A DNA stretch of 39,780 bases from Candidatus Ratteibacteria bacterium (GCA_049970595.1 JBMFMQ010000001.1:1-39780), one strand, 5' to 3'; positions 16,817 through 26,414 are shown, numbered from the stretch's first letter. A program made the numbers and translations. The notes: a model not told the origin generated them from the letters alone.

Positions 16817-17932
16817 CTATATTTGAAAATACTGCTCAATTGAAAAATATCTTTCACCTGTATCAGGGAAAACAGTAACAACCTTTTTACCTTTACCAAG
16901 TTTTTTTGCTACTTTTAAGGCACCATATAATGCAGCACCTGATGAAATTCCACAAAATATCCCTTCTTTTTTTGCAAGTTCTTTTGCAAGTTTAAATGCA
17001 TCTTCATCACTACATGTTATCACTTCATCTATAATCTTTAAGTTTAAAACTTCAGGAATAAAACCAGCACCTATTCCTTGAATTTTATGTGGTCCAGGTG
17101 TTTTTCCTGATAACACAGCACTTGTTTCTGGTTCAACTGCAAAAATTTTTATATCCTTATTATATTCTTTTAAAACCTCTCCAACACCAGTTATTGTCCC
17201 TCCTGTTCCAACTCCAGCAACAAAAGCATCTATCTGGCCATTTGTTTGTTCTAAAATCTCTTTTGCTGTTGTTTTCCTATGTATTTCTGGATTTGCAGGA
17301 TTTTTAAACTGCTGTGGCATAAATGAATTTGGGATTTTTAAGAGTAATTCTTCTGCTTTTCTAATTGCTCCGTTCATTCCTTCAATTCCTGGGGTTAAAA
17401 TTACCTCTGCACCAAATGATTTAAGTATATAAATTCTTTCCAAACTCATTGTTTCAGGCATTGTAAGTATACATTTATAACCCTTTACAGCACATACCAT
17501 TGCAAGACCAATTCCTGTATTTCCACTTGTTGGTTCAATAATAGTTGCACCTTGTTTTATAATTCCTTTTCTTTCAGCATCCTCAATCATACTCAAAGCA
17601 ATTCTATCTTTTACACTTCCACCTGGATTGAAAAATTCAAGTTTTGCATAAATATCAGACATATCAGGTTCAGGAATTTTATTTAATTTCACCATAGGAG
17701 TATTACCAATAAGTTTAAGAATATCATCAAAAATCCCTCCTCCCATAAAAAATACAAATTCAACAACATCATTTTCTTTCAATTTAAAACTTTCAAATTC
17801 TTCTCTTTTTATTATTTTCTCATTCACCTCCACAGTTACAACTTCAGGTCTTATATTTTTCTCTTTCAGAAGTTCAAGCACAGTTATATTATCCCTTATT
17901 TCTGTCTCCTTCCCATTTAAAATTATTTTCAT
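16817..17932 (-). CDS. cysK: ThiS-like beta-grasp domain fused in frame to cysteine synthase (CysK/CysM family)
   Basis: Residues 1-66 ([11 protein letters not shown]...[13 protein letters not shown]) form a complete ThiS-type domain ending in GG(G). Residue 67 onward ([19 protein letters not shown].., SVKDR PLP lysine, GTGGT loop) is a full O-acetylserine/O-phosphoserine sulfhydrylase. Confidence 0.85.
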   Translation of the reverse strand: MKIILNGKETEIRDNITVLELLKEKNIRPEVVTVEVNEKIIKREEFESFKLKENDVVEFVFFMGGGIFDDILKLIGNTPMVKLNKIPEPDMSDIYAKLEFFNPGGSVKDRIALSMIEDAERKGIIKQGATIIEPTSGNTGIGLAMVCAVKGYKCILTMPETMSLERIYILKSFGAEVILTPGIEGMNGAIRKAEELLLKIPNSFMPQQFKNPANPEIHRKTTAKEILEQTNGQIDAFVAGVGTGGTITGVGEVLKEYNKDIKIFAVEPETSAVLSGKTPGPHKIQGIGAGFIPEVLNLKIIDEVITCSDEDAFKLAKELAKKEGIFCGISSGAALYGALKVAKKLGKGKKVVTVFPDTGERYFSIEQYFQI

Positions 17933-19187
17933 CTCTTCCCCCTTTTTAAAAAATCTTGGATTATCTCTAATGATAAATTTATTTCTTTTTCTCTGTGTTC
18001 TGTTGATAAAAAATTTGCCTCAAAAGGAGATGGTGAAAAATAAATTCCTTTTTCAAGAGCATAAATGTAAAATTTCTTAAAAAATTCAATATCATGATTT
18101 TTTTCTCAGGAAAAAATATTGAAAAAATAGATGAGATATAGTTTATCCTTATAGGAATATTAAAATCTTCAAATAAATTTTTTATTTTTTCACAAAGATA
18201 TTCTGTTTTTTTCTCCAATTTTTCATAAGGTCTTTCATTTAATAATTTTTTAATCGTTGCAATCCCAGCAGTAAGAATAAATGGATGACCACTGAAAGTT
18301 CCTGCTTGATAGACATTCCCTTCAGGACAGAGAAGTTCCATTATCTCTTTTTTTCCGCAAACTGCACCAATTGGAAACCCACCACCTATTATTTTACCAA
18401 GACATAAAATATCTGGATGGACGCCAAAGAATTCACTCGCTCCTCCAGTTGATAATCTAAATCCTGTTATAACCTCATCAAAAATTAAAACTGAACCATA
18501 TTTATCACATAAATCTCTCATCCCTTTAAGAAAACCATCTTCTGGAATTATTACACCACAATTTGCCATAACTGGCTCAACAATTATACAGGCAATATAT
18601 TTCCCATATTTTTTAAATACCTTTTCAAGGGCTTCAAGATTATTATATGGAAGAACAATTGTATTTTTAATAAACTCTTTATTTACTCCATCGCTTGTTT
18701 TAACTTTATATGTCAATGAACCAGACCCTGACTTAACAAGCAAATAATCAACATGTCCATGATATGAACCATCAAATTTTATTATTTTTTCTCTTTTTGT
18801 ATAGGCACGTGCTAATCTAATACCTGTCATAACCGCCTCTGTCCCTGAATTTGTTAACCTTATTTTTTCAGCAATTTTTATATTTTTATTTATTAATTCG
18901 GTAAATTCAATTTCATTTCTATTATTTGTTCCAAAATATATACCGCAATTTAATTGATTTTTTATAGAAGCAATAATCTCTTTATTCGTATGTCCAAAAA
19001 TTAAACTACCCCATCCGCAGTTATAATCAATATATTCTTTATCATTTTCATCATATATATAACAACCTTTTGCTTTTTTTATAAAAATTGGCTCTCTATC
19101 AAAAATTTTAAATGCTCTTACAGGACTATTAACTCCTCCAACCATATATTTTTTTGCAATTTCAAAAAGTTTTTTATTTATATCCAT
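17929..19187 (-). CDS. hemL: Glutamate-1-semialdehyde 2,1-aminomutase HemL, reading frame broken in an A7 run
   Basis: The class III aminotransferase body is intact up to ..[11 protein letters not shown]. After the A7 run (+ strand T-run 18098-18104) the track ORF reads nonsense. The frame reached by adding one A reads [44 protein letters not shown]. That is the canonical HemL C-terminus, and it stops in an ATGA overlap with thiS::cysK. Confidence 0.85.
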
Positions 19188-20161
19188 TTTAAAATTTCCT
19201 TTGCATGATAACTTATTATAAAATCTGCTCCTGCTCTCTTTATTGAAGTTAAAATCTCAAAAATTATATCTTTTTCAATTTCTTCTCCAAATCTTTTTAC
19301 ATAATCTTTAACCATCACATATTCACCACTTACATTATAGGCACATAAAGGATAATGAAGTTCCTTTTTCATTCTGTAAATTATATCAAGATATGGGATT
19401 GCTGGTTTAACCATTAAAATATCTGCTCCCTCTTGGATATCCTGTTTTGCTTTTATTATAAATTCATCGGAGTTTCTGAAATCCATCTGATATGTCTTTC
19501 TATCTCCAAATTTTAAATTTGATGAAACACTTTCTCTGAAAGGGAAATATAAATTTGAAGCATATTTACAAGTATAAGAAATTATACCAACATCAATAAA
19601 ATTATTTTTGTCAAGGACTTCCCTTATCGCCTTTGTCTGAAAATCCATCATTGAAGATGGGGCAACAAAATCAACTCCACAAAAGGCATGTGAAAGAGCA
19701 ATTTTCTCAAGAATTTCAAGTGTTTTATCATTATCAATATAATAATTATTCCCTTTATTTTTAACTATTCCACAGTGCCCTGTTTCTGTATAATTACATA
19801 GACATACATCTGATATTACAATAAGGTCAGGGAAGTTTTCCTTAATCTTTCTTATTGCTTTCTGAACTATCCCATCTTCTGAAAATGCCTTCTCACAAAC
19901 TCCTTCATTATTAAATTTTTCATTATTTTTATCAATAACTCCAAAAAGAATTATGCTTTTTAAACCTTTTTTGTAAATTTCTTCAATTTCTTTTAAAAGG
20001 TCATCAATAGAATATCTAAAAATTTTTGGCATATTTTTTATCTCTTCTGTTTTTCCATATTTAACGAAGAAAGGCAAAACAAAATCATTTTTACTGATAT
20101 TTATATTTGAAACAAGGTCCCTAATTGCTTCATTCTTTCTCAATCTTCTAAATCTTTTCAT
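19178..20161 (-). CDS. hemB: Porphobilinogen synthase HemB
   Basis: 327 aa with RRLR near the N-terminus, the Cys-rich zinc site DVCLCNYTETGHCG, and Schiff-base lysine context ILMVKPA. Confidence 0.9.
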   Translation of the reverse strand: MKRFRRLRKNEAIRDLVSNINISKNDFVLPFFVKYGKTEEIKNMPKIFRYSIDDLLKEIEEIYKKGLKSIILFGVIDKNNEKFNNEGVCEKAFSEDGIVQKAIRKIKENFPDLIVISDVCLCNYTETGHCGIVKNKGNNYYIDNDKTLEILEKIALSHAFCGVDFVAPSSMMDFQTKAIREVLDKNNFIDVGIISYTCKYASNLYFPFRESVSSNLKFGDRKTYQMDFRNSDEFIIKAKQDIQEGADILMVKPAIPYLDIIYRMKKELHYPLCAYNVSGEYVMVKDYVKRFGEEIEKDIIFEILTSIKRAGADFIISYHAKEILKWI

Positions 20162-21539
20162 AAAAAAACTCCTCTTTTAATGCTTTTTCAGTTACCTCTC
20201 CTATACATTTTATATTTATTTCAGGCAATCTTTTAAACCTTTTTTTAAAATTTCTAACAGTTGAAGGACTTGTAAATATTATCTCATCAAAAAGGGAAAA
20301 ATCAATATCTGGTATATTTTCAGGCATAACATTTTTATAACATATACTACTTGTAACAAAACAACCCATTTTTTCAAGTTCAATTTTAAGTCCTTTATCA
20401 GAAAGGTCACTCCTTGGAAGAAAAATTTTCTTATTTTTCATATCAATTTTCTTAAATTCTTCAATCAATCCAAGTGATGATTCTTTTATAGGTATAATAT
20501 CTGGTATAATCCCATATTTTTTTAATTTATTCCCTGTTGAATTTCCAATAGCAGCAATTTTTATATTTGAAAGCGCCCTTGAATCAAGTCCAATTGAAAA
20601 AAATCTTTTGAAAAAATATATAACACCAAATCTACTTGTAAAAATAATCCAATCATATTCTCTAATATTCCTTAATTTTTCATCAAATTCTGAATAATCA
20701 TCAAGTTCTTTTATTTCAATTAACGGGATATGAAAGATTATGCCATCTTCAAAATATCTTTTTGGTGAAATTCCAAAAAATAGAACCTTCTTTTTCTTTT
20801 CAAACCATTTAAATCTATTTTTAATGACTTTTCCTATTATAATTATTGCTGGTGGTTTTACTTTATCATAAACATCTTCTGCATTACATATTTCACCTTC
20901 AAAAATTCTCTGTTGAACCTTACTGACATTTGATATTACAATAAATGGAGTTTTCTTATCCATACCATTTTCAATAAGTTTATCAAATATTTTCTTCATA
21001 TTTTCTACACCCATATAAAATACAATTGTTTCAAGTTTTGAGATTATATCCCATCTTAATTGATTTTCTGGATTTTCAACCTGATGACCTGTTAAAAAAA
21101 TAACACTTGATGAAACATTTCTTATTGTTAAAGGAACTCCTGAATAACAACTTGCACAATTTGCAGATGTTATTCCAGGAACAATATAATATTCAATATT
21201 ATTTTCTTCAAGAAATTCAAGTTCCTCTTTTGCTCTCCCAAATATAAATGGGTCTCCATTTTTAAGCCGGACAACATTTTTCCCATCATTTACTTTTTTT
21301 AAAATCAGTTCATTAATAAGTTTTTGTTTTCTTAAAAATCCATCAGAATATCTATTACCATTTAATTCATCTGCACATATAAATTCACAATTTTTATTTG
21401 AGTATCTTAAAATATTTCTATCAACAAGATAATCATAAATAACAACATCACACTGATAAAGGATTTTCTTCCCTTTTAGTGTAATCAATTCAGGGTCTCC
21501 TGGTCCTGCTCCAACAATATAAACTTTCCCTTTTTTCAT
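20148..21539 (-). CDS. cobA/hemD: Bifunctional uroporphyrinogen-III C-methyltransferase / uroporphyrinogen-III synthase (CobA-HemD fusion)
   Basis: N-terminal SUMT signature VYIVGAGPGDPELITLKG and ..RLKNGDPFIFGR... The C-terminal ~220 aa is HemD-like (..IIFTSRFGV.., ..IIFTSPSTV.. duplicated lobes). Confidence 0.85.
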   Translation of the reverse strand: MKKGKVYIVGAGPGDPELITLKGKKILYQCDVVIYDYLVDRNILRYSNKNCEFICADELNGNRYSDGFLRKQKLINELILKKVNDGKNVVRLKNGDPFIFGRAKEELEFLEENNIEYYIVPGITSANCASCYSGVPLTIRNVSSSVIFLTGHQVENPENQLRWDIISKLETIVFYMGVENMKKIFDKLIENGMDKKTPFIVISNVSKVQQRIFEGEICNAEDVYDKVKPPAIIIIGKVIKNRFKWFEKKKKVLFFGISPKRYFEDGIIFHIPLIEIKELDDYSEFDEKLRNIREYDWIIFTSRFGVIYFFKRFFSIGLDSRALSNIKIAAIGNSTGNKLKKYGIIPDIIPIKESSLGLIEEFKKIDMKNKKIFLPRSDLSDKGLKIELEKMGCFVTSSICYKNVMPENIPDIDFSLFDEIIFTSPSTVRNFKKRFKRLPEINIKCIGEVTEKALKEEFFYEKI

Positions 21540-22204
21540 TTTCCGTCTATTAGTTTAAAAATTTTTTTTAATTCATAATCATCTTTTCTTATTTCAACTG
21601 CAAGGCATCCCTGAAGCGGATGAGGTTTTATGATTTCAAAAGGAATTGTCTGACTTATCAAATCTTCAAGTCCAAGCCGTATCAATGCACATTTTGCAAC
21701 AACTATTCCATCAAGTTTTAATTTTTCAATAAGTTTAATCCTTTCTTCAATATTCCCTCTTATATCTACAATTTCAAAATCAGGTCTAAAATTTTTCAGT
21801 TGTCTTTTCCTATTTTCACTACTTGTTCCTATCCTTGCTCCATATTCTAAATCGTGAAGTTTTTTACTTTCTTTTGAAACAAATGCATCATAAGGGTCAA
21901 GTGGCTTTGTTATAGCAGCAATAAATAGCCCTTCTCTTATCTTATCAGGGAGGTCCTTAGCAGAGTGGACTGCAAAATCAATCTCCCCTTCTAATAATTT
22001 TTCTTCAATTTTATCAGTAAAAAAATCTGTTCCTTCAACAAAAGAAAGAGAAGTTTTTTTATCAATATCTCCAGTAGTTTCAATTTTTATAATTTCGTAT
22101 TCCATTTTAATATTTATTTTTTCAAGTTTTTTTATTATTTCTTCAACCTGTTTTAAAGCAAGATTACTTGGTCTTGTTCCAATTCTATAAATTTTTTTCC
22201 CCAT
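21536..22204 (-). CDS. hemC: Hydroxymethylbilane synthase HemC, domains 1-2 only (C-terminal cofactor-binding domain absent)
   Basis: Conserved IGTRPSNLALKQ, AVHSAKDLP, IGTSSENRKRQL and DIRGNIEER motifs. The ORF ends at 222 aa, straight after the region equivalent to E. coli ~218. It then overlaps the cobA start by ATGA. Confidence 0.8.
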   Translation of the reverse strand: MGKKIYRIGTRPSNLALKQVEEIIKKLEKINIKMEYEIIKIETTGDIDKKTSLSFVEGTDFFTDKIEEKLLEGEIDFAVHSAKDLPDKIREGLFIAAITKPLDPYDAFVSKESKKLHDLEYGARIGTSSENRKRQLKNFRPDFEIVDIRGNIEERIKLIEKLKLDGIVVAKCALIRLGLEDLISQTIPFEIIKPHPLQGCLAVEIRKDDYELKKIFKLIDGK

Positions 22205-23178
22205 ATTTTCTCCACATAAAAATCTATTATTTTTTTTGCCTTTTCTGCTTCTTTTTTTCTATTTTCAATATTTCTTTCTATAATGACATTTAAATCTTCA
22301 AGTTGATAAAGTTCAACATTTTTAAACATCTTTATTTCAGGGTCTATATCTCTTGGAACTGCAAGGTCAACAATAATTATTTTCTTATCCATTATAGGAA
22401 ATTTCTCTTTTTTAATTATAAAATGTGGACTTGAAGTTGATGAAATACAGATATCGCAATCTCTTAAAATTTCATATAATCTATCAAATTTAAATGCAAA
22501 TCCTCCAAACTTTTCTGATAAATATTTTGCTCTTTCATAAGTTCTGTTTCCAATAAAAATTAATGAACAATTTTCCTTTTTTAAATAACTTAAAACAAGT
22601 TCACTCACCTTTCCTGCACCAATAATCAAAATTTTTTTATCATTTAATTTTCCGACTTTTTCCTTTATAAAATCAATAACTACACTTCCTACAGAAATCT
22701 TACCTTCATTTATTTTTGTCTCATTCCTAACAATTTTTGAAATTTTAAATGCACATTCAAATACCTTCCTTGTAATTCTATCAGTCATACCAATTGATAG
22801 AGAAATAAAATAAGAGTTCTCAACTTGCTTTTTAATCTGTGTCTCACCAATAATCAATGAATCAATACCTGAACATACATAAGATAGATGCCTTAAAACA
22901 TCTTCATTTTCAAAAAAATAGAAATAATCAGGTATTTTATTAAATTTTAAATTTTTTATCCTTTCAATCATTTCAAAAACTTTTTTAATACCTTCCTCTT
23001 TAAAATTTGTTGAAAAATATATTTCAAATCTATTACAAGTAGAAATTATTACACATCCAGAAATACCTTTCCCTTTAAGAAATTCAAGTCCATTTATAAT
23101 CATATCCCTTGTGAAACTTAACCTTTCCCTTAAACTTTTGTCTGAAAATTTATGATTTGTTCCAATTAAATAAACCAT
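22153..23178 (-). CDS. hemA: Glutamyl-tRNA reductase HemA (short form, C-terminal dimerisation domain largely missing)
   Basis: Catalytic Cys context IISTCNRFEIYF and NADPH loop ILIIGAGKVSE. At 341 aa it is shorter than the roughly 400-420 aa typical. The last 52 nt overlap hemC. Confidence 0.85.
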   Translation of the reverse strand: MVYLIGTNHKFSDKSLRERLSFTRDMIINGLEFLKGKGISGCVIISTCNRFEIYFSTNFKEEGIKKVFEMIERIKNLKFNKIPDYFYFFENEDVLRHLSYVCSGIDSLIIGETQIKKQVENSYFISLSIGMTDRITRKVFECAFKISKIVRNETKINEGKISVGSVVIDFIKEKVGKLNDKKILIIGAGKVSELVLSYLKKENCSLIFIGNRTYERAKYLSEKFGGFAFKFDRLYEILRDCDICISSTSSPHFIIKKEKFPIMDKKIIIVDLAVPRDIDPEIKMFKNVELYQLEDLNVIIERNIENRKKEAEKAKKIIDFYVEKIWGKKFIELEQDQVILL

Positions 23179-23580
23179 TCAATCCTCCAATAAAATTTCT
23201 TCTTCAAAAATTTCTCCTTCTTTTATTTTATATGATTTTGCAACAGGTCTATCAAATTCTAAAAGTGAAACAATTATATATGATGCATCAGGATAAAATG
23301 CAAGTTCAACATCTTTACCTGATGGATATGGATATGAAAATGGGTGAGAGTGATAAATAGCAAGCATCTGATAATTATTCTTTCTTATATCCTTCATAAC
23401 CGAAATCTGTTCTTTTGGGTCCATAAAAAATGATACAGAACTATTATCTATATTTTTCATTTTATATACTTTTTTCACTTCAAAATTTTCACCAGCAAGA
23501 ATTCCACATGCTTCCTTTGGATACTCTTCCTTACAATGTTTTATAATTTCTTCAAAAATTTCCTTTCTTATCTTAATCAT
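23179..23580 (-). CDS. JAMM/MPN+ (Mov34) metalloprotease
   Basis: Catalytic Glu in PKEACGIL and a complete JAMM motif HSHPFSYPYPSGKD (HxHx7Sx2D). The start was trimmed to the ATG at 23580, which overlaps the permease stop (ATGA). Confidence 0.8.
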   Translation of the reverse strand: MIKIRKEIFEEIIKHCKEEYPKEACGILAGENFEVKKVYKMKNIDNSSVSFFMDPKEQISVMKDIRKNNYQMLAIYHSHPFSYPYPSGKDVELAFYPDASYIIVSLLEFDRPVAKSYKIKEGEIFEEEILLED

Positions 23581-24545
23581 TTTTTTAAAAGAGAAAGTAA
23601 AATATATGTCAAAAATCCACTTAAAAATGGTGTAATTATCCAAACTTTTATAATTTTTCTTGTTATAGAATGATTTAATGAATCAATGTGTTTTTTCCCC
23701 TCTTTTAATGTATGTATTGCAAGAATTGAAAATGTTGAGAATTGAACATATGGAGCAGGAATTCCAAAAACAGAACATAATATAATCAATGATGAAACAA
23801 CAAGAGAAATAATAGAGGATGATGCAATTCCAAGAGGAATAATTTCATTACTTACTGTGCCTATAATCTTTCTTCCAAAAATATATCCACCAATTCCAAA
23901 AATTAATGAAAAAGTCAAAAATCCCTCATAAGGTAAAATAATTTTTGCTGCAAAAAGTGGTCCAACAACATTTGCAACATTATTTGTTCCAATTCCAAAT
24001 GCTCTGTAATAGTCACTTAAAAGAACCCATTTTTCAAGTTTATTTTTATTTAAGAATATTTTTTCATAAATTTTTAAATTTTCAAAACTTGGTGGATAAA
24101 TCTTTTTCCATAAAAGATATGTAAAATAATATGAAATAAATGAGACAAAAATCCATGTTAAAAAAATTTTTGGAAGAAATCTTAAATTTAAGGCATTAAA
24201 ATATATACCTGCTCCTATAAAAGAACCGATAGTTACCATACTTGTTGATTGTGGAATTTTTAAAATATTTGCAATAAACAAAGAAATTGAAGATGAAAAA
24301 AGAACAATTAAAACAACCTCTTCTTTTAAAAATTCAGAAGGAACAATTTTACTGCTTAATGTTTTAACAACATTTATACCAGCAAATAAAGAACCAAGTA
24401 AAACAAATAATGTGAATAAAAAAACTGCTTTTTCTTTCTTAATTATTCCTGCACCAACAGATGGAGCAAAAGAAACACTATATCCTGAACCACCCATATT
24501 CATTGCCCAGAAAATAGAAATTAATATTAAAAGTATGCTAACCAT
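23577..24545 (-). CDS. PiT (PHO4) family anion permease, candidate CysP-like sulfate transporter
   Basis: 322 aa polytopic membrane protein. The second-half PiT signature is present (GIGTNNVANVVGP). The first-half signature is degenerate (GGSGYSVSFAP instead of GANDVAN). It sits between sat and the JAMM gene. Confidence 0.65.
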   Translation of the reverse strand: MVSILLILISIFWAMNMGGSGYSVSFAPSVGAGIIKKEKAVFLFTLFVLLGSLFAGINVVKTLSSKIVPSEFLKEEVVLIVLFSSSISLFIANILKIPQSTSMVTIGSFIGAGIYFNALNLRFLPKIFLTWIFVSFISYYFTYLLWKKIYPPSFENLKIYEKIFLNKNKLEKWVLLSDYYRAFGIGTNNVANVVGPLFAAKIILPYEGFLTFSLIFGIGGYIFGRKIIGTVSNEIIPLGIASSSIISLVVSSLIILCSVFGIPAPYVQFSTFSILAIHTLKEGKKHIDSLNHSITRKIIKVWIITPFLSGFLTYILLSLLKK

Positions 24546-25707
24546 TTTTGCTCCTTAAATACCATTCCATTAAAATATTTGCAATCTCTGGCCTTGTAAA
24601 TTCTGAAGGTGGTATTTCTCCTGCAGCAAACAATTCCCTTATTTTTGAACCACTGAAAGAAAGCCAGTCCTCTTTATTATGAGGACATGTCTTTACTGTT
24701 CTCATTTCTCCACATTTCTTGCAATAAAAAGCATTTTCAAAAAAAAGTATCTCTATCTCAATATCTTCTTTTTTAAATTCATAAAATATTTTCTGTGCAT
24801 CAAATGGACCATAATAATTTCCAACTCCTGCATGGTCTCTACCTACTATAAAATGTGTGCAACCAAAATTTTTCCTCACAATTGCATGCAATACTGCCTC
24901 CCTTGGTCCTGCATATCTCATATATCCACCATAAACACCTATAAATACCCTTTCTTTTGGAAAATACTTATCTATTAAAACTTTATAACATTTCATCCTT
25001 ATATCTGCTGGAACATCATCTTTTTTTGTTTGACCAACAAGTGGATTTATAAAGACACCATCAACAATTTCAAGTGCTGTCTTTATTATAAATTCATGTG
25101 CTCTATGTATAGGATTTCTTGTTTGAAAACCAACTATCTTTTTCCATCCTTTATTTTTAAATATTTCTCTTGTTTCAACAGGTTTAAACCAGTAATCTTT
25201 AAATTCTTCATGAAATGGTTCATTCAACATATATACCTTACCCCCAATAAGATAATCACCATTTGAATAAACATAACTTACCCCAGGATGATTTTCATCT
25301 TCTGTCTTATAAACATATCTTGCCTCCTTCTTCTTATCATAAGAATAAACTTCATCAATCTTCATTATACCGAGATGAATATTTTCTGGACTTGATAAAA
25401 CAATTTCTTCTCCTTCTTTTAAAATTTTTCTCTCCTCATCATCAATTGAAAGAGTTATTGGTATTGGCCAGACAATTCCATTTTTCAATCTCATATTTTC
25501 AACAACATTTATATAATCATCCTTATTTAAAAAACCATCAAGAGGAGAAAAAGCACCTATGGAAATCATATAAAGGTCAGATACTTCTCTTTCATTTAAA
25601 TAAATCTTTTTTAAATAACTTACCTTTTCTATAAACTCTTTTTTTTCATCATCATTTAAGACACAATTGATAAGTTTTCCTCCATGTGGTTTTATTATCT
25701 CTTCCAT
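24538..25707 (-). CDS. sat: Sulfate adenylyltransferase (homo-oligomeric ATP sulfurylase, Sat)
   Basis: QTRNPIHRAHE and VGRDHAGVG motifs, with the KPHGGKLIN opening. The start was trimmed to the ATG at 25707, which overlaps the cysH stop (TAATG). Confidence 0.9.
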   Translation of the reverse strand: MEEIIKPHGGKLINCVLNDDEKKEFIEKVSYLKKIYLNEREVSDLYMISIGAFSPLDGFLNKDDYINVVENMRLKNGIVWPIPITLSIDDEERKILKEGEEIVLSSPENIHLGIMKIDEVYSYDKKKEARYVYKTEDENHPGVSYVYSNGDYLIGGKVYMLNEPFHEEFKDYWFKPVETREIFKNKGWKKIVGFQTRNPIHRAHEFIIKTALEIVDGVFINPLVGQTKKDDVPADIRMKCYKVLIDKYFPKERVFIGVYGGYMRYAGPREAVLHAIVRKNFGCTHFIVGRDHAGVGNYYGPFDAQKIFYEFKKEDIEIEILFFENAFYCKKCGEMRTVKTCPHNKEDWLSFSGSKIRELFAAGEIPPSEFTRPEIANILMEWYLRSKNG

Positions 25708-26414
25708 TATTCCCTCCTTGAAGGATGTAAACCACATTCTTTATGTTCAGGCGCTTCCCACCACCATCTTCCAGCCCTTATATCCTCTCCTTCTTTTATT
25801 GCTCTTGTGCATGGAGAACATCCAATACTTGGATAATTTTTGTCATGCAATTTATTATATGGAACATTATTTTCTCTTATATAGTTCCATACATCTTCAT
25901 TTTTCCAGTCAACTATTGGATTTATTTTAATTATTCCATTATGCGTCTCATCTATTTCAACCTTTTTTACATCCACTCTTGTTATTGATTGTTCTCTCCT
26001 TAAACCTGTTATCCATGCTTTATAATTTTTTAAAGCCCTTTCAAGAACCTTAACCTTCCTTATATTGCAGCATAATTTTCTCAATTCTATTGATTTATAA
26101 AATAAATTTGGACCATATTTTCTTTCCATTTCTTCTACCTCTCTAAAATCTGGGAAGTAAAAATCAATATCAATTTTATATTTATCCATAATTTCTTCAA
26201 TTACTTCATATGTTTCATTTGATAATCTTCCAGTATCAAGAGTAAAAATTTTCGGTTTTAAATTTTTTTCAGAATAAACCTTATATAAAATATCTATTAA
26301 AACAACATCTTCAGCACCAAAACTTGAAGAAAGAGCAACTTTATCTCCAAATTCATCCCTTGCCCATCTTAAAATCTCCCATACATTCAAACTTTCAAAT
26401 CTTTCAAATTCCAT
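25707..26414 (-). CDS. cysH: Assimilatory APS (adenylylsulfate) reductase, Fe-S containing CysH
   Basis: C-terminal KECGLH redox motif plus the CC...CxxC cluster ligands (RKLCCNIRK and GCSPCTR) that distinguish APS reductases from PAPS reductases. The start is set to the second ATG (26414), behind AAGAAGG; the first ATG at 26435 is also possible. Confidence 0.85.
   Translation of the reverse strand: MEFERFESLNVWEILRWARDEFGDKVALSSSFGAEDVVLIDILYKVYSEKNLKPKIFTLDTGRLSNETYEVIEEIMDKYKIDIDFYFPDFREVEEMERKYGPNLFYKSIELRKLCCNIRKVKVLERALKNYKAWITGLRREQSITRVDVKKVEIDETHNGIIKINPIVDWKNEDVWNYIRENNVPYNKLHDKNYPSIGCSPCTRAIKEGEDIRAGRWWWEAPEHKECGLHPSRRE

Noticed and set aside
17979-18097. C-terminal ~40 residues of the track hemL ORF (..[37 protein letters not shown]).
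   Set aside because: This is out-of-frame read-through after the A7 run. The alternative frame encodes the conserved HemL C-terminus, so this stretch was not annotated as real protein.
12198-23580. The Ubl + E1 + JAMM trio could be interpreted as an antiphage ubiquitin-like conjugation system (Bil or CBASS Cap2/Cap3-like).
   Set aside because: There is no E2-like domain, effector or cyclase. The E1 is a short MoeB/ThiF type. Every neighbour is a sulfur-assimilation or cofactor gene within one operon. The sulfur-carrier role is far better supported.
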